DNA of 64,000 nt, taken from contig DAISWL010000002.1 of the NCBI GenBank assembly GCA_036826375.1, forward strand, positions 107,499 through 171,498, read 5' to 3'. The position numbers were made by a program, and so were the translations under genes. The notes beneath the pieces were generated by a model that saw only the letters and a program-made list of their open reading frames with translations, searched no databases and was not told the origin of the DNA. Shown one piece after another: positions 48,870 through 56,791 of the stretch (positions are counted from its first letter, which is position 1; each line of letters starts with the position of its first letter). This DNA comes from Candidatus Saccharimonadota bacterium (GTDB taxonomy: Bacteria > Patescibacteriota > Saccharimonadia > Saccharimonadales > HK-STAS-PATE-42).

Positions 48870-49973
48870 ATGGTAGATACAGTGAAGCTATTACTTCGGA
48901 TTGATAACCCTATGAAGTTGAATAATGGGGGCTTTGTCCCTAGCGTATCCGATTTAGTACGAACTAGAGGCTTTGCTAAGTCTATAGTTTCTATAAAGTC
49001 ATATAGTAAATTAGGTACATACATGCCACGACTTACGTTGAATAAACGTATCTTAAATGGTCATGCAGTATACCAGCTAGGTGTCGAGTTTTCAGTTCCA
49101 AAATTGATTTATGGTAATAATTTTGAAGAGCTCTCGACACAAGATTTTGAAAAGACAATAGATATACTTCAATCCAAACTAAGCCTGCTGACAGGTTATA
49201 TTTTTAGTAAAGACGAGCTAAAGAACTCGGAAGTTACTACATGGCACCCTTCGAAGAACATAGTGTTTCGTGACTACACTTCCTGCATGGGAGTGTTAAA
49301 CACACTTCATAAGTTAGATGTAAGTAAAGTGTATGACGTTCAGAAGACTAATTTTCGAGATGGTCATGCATATCATATACACTGTAACTCTCTCGATATA
49401 GCCTTCTACGATAAGCTAAGTGACCTCAAACAAGCAAAGATTAGCGAGAAAAGAAGTCTTGAGTTCGATAGCCAAACACAGTTCAGGTTGCTGGATAGGT
49501 TTACGTCAATGAAGCCGCTGGAAATACTGAGATACGAAGTGCGTCTCGGTGGTAAGCGGAAAATCAAACGAACCTATCCTGGGATTAAAGAGCTAACTTT
49601 TGTAAACCTTTTTAAGACGGAGCTGTGCAAACAAGTGCTCCTCGCACACTGGAATAAACTAACCGCAGGACTCGATATGCTTGCTCAAGATTCAAGCCGT
49701 CCATTTGAGTTGCTACAAAATGTTCTACTAAGCAATGAAAAGGTAACCCCTAGAACGGCACTTGCACAAGTAGGTGGCTTAATGGTGGCGACACAAGAAG
49801 GTAGTAGAGGTTTGAGAGCGTTACTGGAGGCACGCTTTGGCAAGTCAGTATGGTCAAGTGTAAAACCAATAATGAAACAACCCAAAGCTCGTCGTTACGA
49901 GCAGTTAGTAAAGGTTGAGGAATCACTGAAGGAGTTCTCAGCAATTAGGTTGAGTGGTCTACGAAATCAGTAG
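48870..49973 (+). CDS. Putative rolling-circle (HUH) replication initiator, Rep_trans / gene II-X-like
   Basis: MVDTVKLLL start, HAYHIHCN (H-hydrophobic-H), IAFYDK and RYEVRL motifs reminiscent of Rep_trans-type initiators. From memory only. Confidence 0.4.
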   Translation: MVDTVKLLLRIDNPMKLNNGGFVPSVSDLVRTRGFAKSIVSIKSYSKLGTYMPRLTLNKRILNGHAVYQLGVEFSVPKLIYGNNFEELSTQDFEKTIDILQSKLSLLTGYIFSKDELKNSEVTTWHPSKNIVFRDYTSCMGVLNTLHKLDVSKVYDVQKTNFRDGHAYHIHCNSLDIAFYDKLSDLKQAKISEKRSLEFDSQTQFRLLDRFTSMKPLEILRYEVRLGGKRKIKRTYPGIKELTFVNLFKTELCKQVLLAHWNKLTAGLDMLAQDSSRPFELLQNVLLSNEKVTPRTALAQVGGLMVATQEGSRGLRALLEARFGKSVWSSVKPIMKQPKARRYEQLVKVEESLKEFSAIRLSGLRNQ

Positions 49974-50014
49974 ATATACATTGTTAAGTTATGGTAAGAT
50001 ATAAGGAGAATAAT

Positions 50015-51508
50015 ATGGATATTAAGCTAATACTAATCGCAAGAGTTTCGAACAAGGAGCAGACGATTGCGTTACCTGCACAAGAAAAGAGACTTAAGAA
50101 ATATGCGGAACAATCTGGCTATGCCTACGAATATCATGAGTTTGATGAGTCGGCTCATAAAGATATAAGAATCAAGTTCGCAGAACTAACACGTCACATA
50201 AAATCAGTTAAAGGTGAGTGCTGGGTCGTGTTTGATAAAGTGGACAGGTTCACACGAGATTCAAGCCAAAGTGAAGTTAAGATTTTGCAAGGTCTCGTGA
50301 AAGAAGGAAGAATTGAGTTACATTTTCCACATGATGGGTTGGTAATAACTAAGGAGTCCTCCGCATCTGACTGGTTCAGACTTGGAATAGGTATAGCACT
50401 TGCTAAGTATTACTCGGATGCTATCAGTGACAACGTTAAGCGAAGGTTTGAGCAGATGCTCGAAGATGGCATTTGGGTTCATAGGGCACCAATTGGATAC
50501 AAAAACGTCAGAATAGACGAGAAGAATACTTCAATCATAGTAGATGAAGATAGAGCTCATCATATCGTTAAAGCATTTGAAATGCGGTCCATGAGTTTAC
50601 CGTACGAAGTAATAGCAACGGAGCTAGCTAAAGAAGGGTTTATTGGCACAACCAGCAAAGCCGTTGCTCCTTCAAAGTCGTACTTAGAGAAAATAATAAA
50701 TAACTCATTCTACTATGGGGTAATGGTACACAACGGCAAGAAATACCAACATAAGTATCCACCACTAATTAGCCGTGAGTTATTCAACAAGTGTAAAGAC
50801 GTTAAAGTTCAGAGAAAGCACGACATGACCAAATACAACACAGAATGGTTTACATTCAAGAAGTTAGTAAGGTGTGGCAAATGCAAACGTGCGGTCTCCT
50901 CCTACTGGGGAAGAAAACAAGTTTACCTTCGCTGTAGCGGAAGTGGAAAGAGTAACTGTGGTAACCCTAACACTGCTGAGTCGTTGATTATTGGAGGTAT
51001 CGACAAGAGACTCGGTGAAATAGTAATCCCTGAGCAGTTCATTCCTCACGTCATCAAAGAGCTCAAACTTAGGCACGATAACCAGCAACTCTACTTCACA
51101 AGCAATGTTGAACAAACCAGAAAAGAGTACGATAAACTAAAGGAGAAGCTAAGTATTCTGTACTACGACAGACTCGATGGGCGTATTACACAGCAACAAC
51201 ATGACGAAATTGCTAACGAGTTCGAAGGTAAACAGCAAGAACTTAATGACAGACTCAAGTATTTGACAAAAGATAACAAGAGCTTTCAAGTAACTGCTTC
51301 ATACCTGTTAGACTTAGCTCAAAGAGCAGCAGATTTATTCAAATGTTCGAACTTCGAGTTAAAACAGAAGTTACTGGAATACCTTATTTCGAACGTTGAA
51401 CTTACGGACAAGAGATTGTCTTATAGCCTAAACGACCCCTTTAGAACAATCTCTGAAACATTAAAATTGGGTCAAAATACGAAAAATGAAAATGCTTGGC
51501 AGGGGTGA
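50015..51508 (+). CDS. Large serine recombinase (resolvase domain, recombinase domain, zinc ribbon, coiled coil)
   Basis: LIARVSNKEQ (catalytic Ser), CGKCKR...LRCSG...CGNPN zinc ribbon. AAGGAG sits 7 nt upstream of the ATG at 50015. The stop codon lies inside the tRNA acceptor 3' end. Confidence 0.9.
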   Translation: MDIKLILIARVSNKEQTIALPAQEKRLKKYAEQSGYAYEYHEFDESAHKDIRIKFAELTRHIKSVKGECWVVFDKVDRFTRDSSQSEVKILQGLVKEGRIELHFPHDGLVITKESSASDWFRLGIGIALAKYYSDAISDNVKRRFEQMLEDGIWVHRAPIGYKNVRIDEKNTSIIVDEDRAHHIVKAFEMRSMSLPYEVIATELAKEGFIGTTSKAVAPSKSYLEKIINNSFYYGVMVHNGKKYQHKYPPLISRELFNKCKDVKVQRKHDMTKYNTEWFTFKKLVRCGKCKRAVSSYWGRKQVYLRCSGSGKSNCGNPNTAESLIIGGIDKRLGEIVIPEQFIPHVIKELKLRHDNQQLYFTSNVEQTRKEYDKLKEKLSILYYDRLDGRITQQQHDEIANEFEGKQQELNDRLKYLTKDNKSFQVTASYLLDLAQRAADLFKCSNFELKQKLLEYLISNVELTDKRLSYSLNDPFRTISETLKLGQNTKNENAWQG

Positions 51509-51573
51509 TAGGACTTGAACCTACGACACCCGGTTTTGGAGACCGGTGCTCTAGCCAACTGAGCTACACCCCT
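51497..51573 (-). tRNA. tRNA-Trp (anticodon CCA), CCA end encoded
   Basis: Hand-folded cloverleaf: acceptor AGGGGTG/CACCCCT, D arm GCTC-AGTTGGCTA-GAGC, anticodon arm CCGGT-CTCCAAA-ACCGG, variable GTGTC, T arm GTAGG-TTCAAGT-CCTAT, discriminator G, CCA. Confidence 0.9.
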
Positions 51574-51813
51574 ATGAGTTAAGTTTAGATTATTAAAGTT
51601 TTAAAGTTTGATTTATAGGGTTTGCGGTTTGTTGGCTAGAGCACTAGGTGCCCTTTTTATCTGCTGGCGCAGGGCTCCCAACTGAGCTACACCCCTATGA
51701 GTTAAGTTTAGATTATTAAAGTTTTAAAGTTTGATTTATAGGGTTTGCGGTTTGTTGGCTAGAGCACTAGGTGCCCTTTTTATCTGCTGGCGCAGGGCTC
51801 CCAACTGAGCTAC
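51555..51813. repeat. Tandem repeat, 123-bp unit x about 2.1, starting inside tRNA-Trp
   Basis: CCAACTGAGCTACACCCCT recurs at 51555 and 51678, and its first 13 nt at 51801. Units 51555-51677 and 51678-51800 appear identical. Each unit also carries GTTGGCTAGAGCAC (the tRNA D arm) in inverted orientation. Confidence 0.9.
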
Positions 51814-51851
51814 TCCTATATAATCTTAAAATATTATATCACGATTTAAAC

Positions 51852-53189
51852 TTAATCTGATAGTAAACTTAAGGTTACTCCGGCTGTTGCGCTGAAATTT
51901 TTTACACCGAGAGATGCCCCATTGAAAGTATTAAAGTACTCGCCAAATCCACCATTTTCAACTAAGCTTAAGGTTTGTTGCTTAATAGATTCAGCCTCAG
52001 TTGAGAATCCATACCTGCTTAAGCCTTGTATTATAAACCAGTTAATCATAGGCCAAACTGGACCCTCCCAGTATTTATTTTCTTTGAAGTTTATAGAATT
52101 TATTGGGACAGTTGGAACTTGGTAATTAGCTCCTAATAACTGATTCTGTTTTAAATTATCTACAATTTCTTTGGCTCTAGCCTTAGATACAGTACCAGCG
52201 TAAAGAGGCATGTATTCGTAAAATGTCCTAGTTTTAACAAATTCATGACTATCCCAACTGCGGCTGTAGTAGGTTTTATCTTCTTCATCGTACATTAATT
52301 CTAGGGCGTGAACGCTTTTTTCAAAACGTTCCCTAAGCCAGGCTGGAATATCTGCATTAACCTCGTGAGCTAATTGTTTAAGCACCCAGTTTGCTCTTAC
52401 TAGAATGCTATTAAAGTGGACATCTTCAAGCTTAAACTTATAATGCTTATGAATTTTAACTGATTGATAATTTAGCTTTCTGAGCTTTAATAATAGTAGG
52501 TATTGTTGAATAGCTTGAACCGTATCTGTTCTTTGACCTTTTTCTAGCAAATCTTTATCATTTCTGACCCCATCAACTATTCGGTTCAAAATCCCGGCCT
52601 TCTTCATTAATCTTAGCCAAAAATCACTATAAGTTCTAGCGTCTATGAAATCTCTCCATACTGGTGATCCATCTGCTCCGCCCTCCCAGGGATGCACCAG
52701 AAACACAATCCCCTCTTCTTTTGGATCACGCGCGCGATACAACCATGAATGATAGGCTACCAATTTTGGGACTGCAAAGTTTAAAAAATCGCGTCGTTCG
52801 GTGGCATCTAAATATTTTGCAACAGCGTGAACTGCTTCAGCAATTAATGGTGGCTGAGTTATGGCACTAGTTTTAACATCATGAGGCGCTGCGGGGTGCC
52901 TATTTGCTTGCCACTCCATTTCTGCTTTTTTTGAGGCACCACTACTATGCTCACCGAATACCATATGAGGTATCATCCCGTTGTGCCATTGATGCTTAAG
53001 TAACGATATAAGCTCTTGTTTTGCTCTTTCGGGGTTATGAGGAGCTAGGCCTATGACTACAAAACAGCTATCCCACAACCACTGATGCGGGTACATCTTT
53101 TTGTAAGGAGCAAAATAGTCACCCATATCATTAAGCTTAAGGGTGGATATAGCTTTTTCTCTCAAAATTTTTTTTGAAGATTCAGTCAT
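51852..53189 (-). CDS. (alpha/alpha)6-barrel glycoside hydrolase, GH63 / MGH1 (trehalase-like) family
   Basis: HQWLWDSCF, HPWEGGADGSPVWRD, YWEGPVWPMINWFIIQGL. Confidence 0.65.
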   Translation of the reverse strand: MTESSKKILREKAISTLKLNDMGDYFAPYKKMYPHQWLWDSCFVVIGLAPHNPERAKQELISLLKHQWHNGMIPHMVFGEHSSGASKKAEMEWQANRHPAAPHDVKTSAITQPPLIAEAVHAVAKYLDATERRDFLNFAVPKLVAYHSWLYRARDPKEEGIVFLVHPWEGGADGSPVWRDFIDARTYSDFWLRLMKKAGILNRIVDGVRNDKDLLEKGQRTDTVQAIQQYLLLLKLRKLNYQSVKIHKHYKFKLEDVHFNSILVRANWVLKQLAHEVNADIPAWLRERFEKSVHALELMYDEEDKTYYSRSWDSHEFVKTRTFYEYMPLYAGTVSKARAKEIVDNLKQNQLLGANYQVPTVPINSINFKENKYWEGPVWPMINWFIIQGLSRYGFSTEAESIKQQTLSLVENGGFGEYFNTFNGASLGVKNFSATAGVTLSLLSD

Positions 53190-53206
53190 CTACTTTATAT
53201 ATTTTA

Positions 53207-56200
53207 TTATTTATTCATACTTTTGTCAAATTGATCAATTGCAGCGCTGATTACTTGGTTAATCTCTGCTAAAGTTAAAGTTCGTTCGGTACTGCTAAAT
53301 TCTATTGAAAAAGTAATTTTTTTTGTTGAAGATTTCGCATCCGCCTGATAAATCGATACCGGCTTTAGGCTAAATTTAAGATCATATTCGGATATAATTT
53401 TTTCAAGCTTATGTTGCACTGTACTCAAAATTGAACGGGCTGGAACCTCTAAGGTGATATCTTGATGCACACTCGGAAACTTTGAAAGAGGTTGGTAGGC
53501 TGCATCTGTATTGAATAAATCTGCTAGCCCGTGGAGGTCAATCTCGAAACCAGCACTTGCTGCAGGCAACTTAAGTTTAAGCGCAGTTGATGAATTAATT
53601 GTACCGATGATCCCCGAAGGTTTTTCATCTATAAAAATAGTTGCGCTGTTAATGTGGCTGAACGGAGCTGTCACCGGAATTTTATCTCCAAAAAATTCGG
53701 CATCTGTTCTAACTAAACTGAACTTAATGTTGAGGTGTGCTAGCAACTGTTTCAAATAGAGCCCAGCCTGGTGATAAGCATCTTCGGCTGAACCATTTTT
53801 GTTGGCAACCACTAAACTTAAGCGGGCGAATTCCGCTGGAACTTGATCATCATGGGCATCTAGATGCCCCCGAACGTGGACCTTACCAATTTCAAACAGG
53901 CAGAATTGATCGAATCCATCTTTAATATTTTTATGGATTTGGTTGAGTAACGACGGCGTTAAACTTAAGCGATAATATTGTAAATCTGGGCTGAGGGCAT
54001 TGCGGATTTTGAACGCCAACTCTTCATTTTGATTAGCGGCATCAAGTAACTTGCCATGCACAAAACTATAATTAAGAGTTTCGTTGGCTCCAAGCTTGGC
54101 TAGATAACTTCTGATTTCCCGCTTAAGCTTAATGTTTTGATTAGTGTAAGCCGGTTCAATTTGCCTAACCTGCAACTGAGATGGAATTTGGTTAAAGCCG
54201 TGGATTCGGCCCACCTCTTCAATAATATCTTCTTCAATTTCAAGATCAGTTCTCCAGAATGGAATTGTGACTTCTAGCTGATCTTCTGAGATTATTTGGT
54301 TAAGTACGACTCTATTCCTATTTAAGTTGCTGCCGAAATGCTCAAGGCCATCATATTTAACCAGGCTACCATTAAGCATTTTAACGTTATATTCTCCATC
54401 GCTAAAAGGCACGAAATCATCGTCCGTTGAGTGTATTTGCACGAATGTATTAGATTGCTTACTTATTTTATTATAATTAAGTTTAGTTTGATAGAAACTA
54501 TTAAGTTTATCTTCTTCATTTCTAGGCTTGTCACTATTAGCGGCAACAAGAATGACTCTGTCTACAATCTGATCATACTGATTTAAATAATGTAACACCG
54601 CTAAGCCACCCTTAGAATGCCCCACTATAACCGTATCCTGATCGGGTTTAAGTTTAGATATAACTTCAACCCACTCGGAGAGGATTGGGTCGTTAAAGCT
54701 TGGCATATCTGGACAAATAAATTCTATACCCTTACTGTATAATTGCTCTCCTAGCCATGGATACCAGTAGCTTTGAGAATTCTTGTCTTGGCCGTGAATC
54801 AGAATAACTCTTTTAGCTTGTTTTCTATTAGCTTGAATTTCCACCCGCTCTAAAATCTCTTGAACTTCTTCAATTTTAAAGTTAGAACCAAGCACATTGT
54901 TTAGATTTTCTAAGCTTAAATGTAGAGTTTTGGCGGATTGGGATTTGACACCCTCACTTAAACTTAAGCCAATTTTTCCGTGAGCTAGGCTTTTATATTC
55001 ATCGGCAGTTTTGGCGGCGATGGCATCTATTTGAGCCGTTGGTTGACCCTTGGTGTAGCGAGTTACGGCATCGGTGAATAGACCGTGGCGCATACTGGTT
55101 CGGCGCACCGCGTACATATCGAAAGTGGCGGTTTCTAGCAAAATATTTTTAGTATTCTCATCAACTTCAGTTTCTTTGCCGCCCATTACTCCAGCAAGTG
55201 CAATCGCTTTATTTGGAGTAGCAATCACTACATCGGCAGAATTAAGCTTAATAGTTTTTCCGTTTAAAAGAGCTAGCTCTTCGCCCTCTTCGGCCTGGCG
55301 AACAATAATTTCCACCTCATTATTGCCACCCTCTCCATCTGGAGAGGGGCTGGGGGTGAGGTTTGATCCGCAAAGCTTTTTAAGCTTATCTAAATCGAAA
55401 GCGTGTTGAGGCTGAGCAGTTAAAATCATCATGTAGTTAGTAATATCTACCAGATTATTAATTGGCGTCATGCCTAAATTACGAAAAGTTGTTTGCATCC
55501 AACTTGGGGAATCCGCGACTTGAACATCTTCAATAATTGTAGCTCGATATTTGGTGCAAGCTTTAGAATTGACGGTAACCTTAAGCTTAGTATCTCTATT
55601 TTCTGACGGGGATCCTGAATCAAGTTCAGGATGACTATTTTTGAGGTACCAATTTGGGGATTTAAACTTCAAGCCTTGAATTGCAGCAATCTCTCTGGCA
55701 ATTCCAAGATGTCCAAAACAATCTGGGCGATGGGTGAACATTTTGTTTTCAAAATCAGCAATAACATCATTAAGCTCTAAAACTTGAGAGAGAAGATCGC
55801 CGGGTTTAATAGCCTCACCCTGGCTGGATCGAAGATCCAACCTGTCCCTCTCCTGAAGAGAGAGGGATTTAATTGTAACCTTAATTTGGGACAAAACGTC
55901 ATTCAAATTTTGTTCAATCTGCTGATTAGTGAAGCGTAAAATTGTGGACCCATTGGCCTCTAGATCTTCAGTTCTAACCTCATCGAGAGCTTGCTGGTCT
56001 GCAGAATTATGATAGCCACCATCAACTTCGATAATTAAGTTTAACTCAACCGCAAAAAAATCGGCGATATAATAACCAATTGCATGCTGTCTTCTGAACT
56101 TAACTCCTAATTTAGAAGCTCTGAGATGTTGCCACAGCGCCTCTTCAGCTTTAGTTGATTGCTTTCTATTTTCTCTGGAACGATTTTTAAGCTCTCCCCA

Positions 56201-56791
56201 CATACCAGGTTCTGATGAACTCAGAACGCTAGCCCCCTCTCCATTCAGGAGAGGGGCAGATTGGCGGAAGCCAGTCGGGGTGAGGCTTAACCCTAAATAC
56301 TCTCTAACATCCAAAATTCCACTATGATCATCGCCAAGGCCTAGCTCTTTTGCGCTAGCCAACATACCGTTAGAGGTTTGACCCCTAAGCTTAATGGTGG
56401 CGAGTTTGAAGGGTTCGGAATCTTTAGCGGTAGAAGGCACAATTGCACCAGGGGATATCCACGCCACAAACATGCCGGGCTTAACGTTTGGAGCTCCACA
56501 CACAACTTGAACGAGGCCGTTTTGATCACGAGCTAAACCGAGAGCTGCTTCGCCATCATCAATTTTTACAATTTTGAGTTTATCGGCATCCGGGTGGGGA
56601 TGCACCTCTTTCACTTCGGCCACAAAGATGCCCTCAAAAGCAGTTCCCAAATGTTCGATGCCTTCCAGCGCCCCAATTTGGGAATTGAGCTTTTCGGTTA
56701 GTTCTTCCGGGCTTAAGCTTAACAAACCATTAAGCTCTGGCCCGCCATACTTTTTGGAGTAGTAATTTCCTAAATTAAAAGAATACTTCAT
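53207..56791 (-). CDS. pheT: Phenylalanine--tRNA ligase beta subunit carrying three in-frame insertions
   Basis: N-terminal tRNA-binding OB domain (VVCGAPNV), B3_4 (THRPDCFGHLGIAREIAA), B5 (VTIPFWRTDLEIEEDIIEEVGRIHGF), FDX-ACB C-terminus. 1194 aa against roughly 800 typical. Confidence 0.9.
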   Translation of the reverse strand: MKYSFNLGNYYSKKYGGPELNGLLSLSPEELTEKLNSQIGALEGIEHLGTAFEGIFVAEVKEVHPHPDADKLKIVKIDDGEAALGLARDQNGLVQVVCGAPNVKPGMFVAWISPGAIVPSTAKDSEPFKLATIKLRGQTSNGMLASAKELGLGDDHSGILDVREYLGLSLTPTGFRQSAPLLNGEGASVLSSSEPGMWGELKNRSRENRKQSTKAEEALWQHLRASKLGVKFRRQHAIGYYIADFFAVELNLIIEVDGGYHNSADQQALDEVRTEDLEANGSTILRFTNQQIEQNLNDVLSQIKVTIKSLSLQERDRLDLRSSQGEAIKPGDLLSQVLELNDVIADFENKMFTHRPDCFGHLGIAREIAAIQGLKFKSPNWYLKNSHPELDSGSPSENRDTKLKVTVNSKACTKYRATIIEDVQVADSPSWMQTTFRNLGMTPINNLVDITNYMMILTAQPQHAFDLDKLKKLCGSNLTPSPSPDGEGGNNEVEIIVRQAEEGEELALLNGKTIKLNSADVVIATPNKAIALAGVMGGKETEVDENTKNILLETATFDMYAVRRTSMRHGLFTDAVTRYTKGQPTAQIDAIAAKTADEYKSLAHGKIGLSLSEGVKSQSAKTLHLSLENLNNVLGSNFKIEEVQEILERVEIQANRKQAKRVILIHGQDKNSQSYWYPWLGEQLYSKGIEFICPDMPSFNDPILSEWVEVISKLKPDQDTVIVGHSKGGLAVLHYLNQYDQIVDRVILVAANSDKPRNEEDKLNSFYQTKLNYNKISKQSNTFVQIHSTDDDFVPFSDGEYNVKMLNGSLVKYDGLEHFGSNLNRNRVVLNQIISEDQLEVTIPFWRTDLEIEEDIIEEVGRIHGFNQIPSQLQVRQIEPAYTNQNIKLKREIRSYLAKLGANETLNYSFVHGKLLDAANQNEELAFKIRNALSPDLQYYRLSLTPSLLNQIHKNIKDGFDQFCLFEIGKVHVRGHLDAHDDQVPAEFARLSLVVANKNGSAEDAYHQAGLYLKQLLAHLNIKFSLVRTDAEFFGDKIPVTAPFSHINSATIFIDEKPSGIIGTINSSTALKLKLPAASAGFEIDLHGLADLFNTDAAYQPLSKFPSVHQDITLEVPARSILSTVQHKLEKIISEYDLKFSLKPVSIYQADAKSSTKKITFSIEFSSTERTLTLAEINQVISAAIDQFDKSMNK
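54284..54829 (-). other. In-frame alpha/beta serine hydrolase domain (RBBP9/YdeN, PF06821-like) inserted in the B5 region of PheT
   Basis: VILIHG...YWYPWL...VGHSKGG (GxSxG)...IHSTDDDFVP (Asp)...GLEHF (His), i.e. PheT aa 655-836. Confidence 0.75.
55329..55363. repeat. In-frame hairpin repeat element inside the pheT B3_4 region
   Basis: CCCTCTCCATCTGGAGAGGGGCTGGGGGTGAGGTT, translated as NLTPSPSPDGEGG. Confidence 0.85.
55811..56288 (-). mobile_element. DUF559 (Vsr-like endonuclease) module bounded by about 56-bp imperfect terminal inverted repeats, inserted in frame in pheT
   Basis: PheT aa 169-327 include AEEALWQHLRASKLGVKFRRQHAIGYYIADFFAVELNLIIEVDGGYH...LEANGSTILRFTNQQI (DUF559 pattern). 56233-56288 and the reverse complement of 55811-55867 align (CCCTCTC..TTCAGGAGAGGG.CAG.TTGG...CCAG..GGGTGAGGCT). 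Confidence 0.8.

Larger units (their letters stand above)
41564..51506. mobile_element. Integrated element of about 10 kb at the 3' end of tRNA-Trp (serine recombinase, Rep-like, SpoVG-like, HTH-Mod-Res); left boundary uncertain (41.56-41.75 kb)
   Basis: Direct repeat TTGGCAGGGGT at both ends. The recombinase gene abuts and overlaps the tRNA 3' end. There is a total absence of TAAGCTTA across 40336-51962, and the gene content is typical of mobile DNA. Confidence 0.75.

Noticed and set aside
51574-51815. Tandem repeats next to the tRNA, considered as a CRISPR array or as additional tRNA genes.
   Set aside because: There are only about 2.1 identical 123-bp units and no unique spacers. The tRNA-like parts cover only positions 1-19 plus an inverted D arm, and cannot be folded into a cloverleaf: there is no anticodon arm or T arm.
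53207-56791. The large inserts in PheT (and those in LeuRS), considered as inteins.
   Set aside because: No Cys, Ser or Thr at the N-terminal junctions, no His-Asn plus Cys/Ser/Thr at the C-terminal junctions, and no Hint-domain blocks. The inserts instead match the DUF559 and alpha/beta hydrolase patterns.
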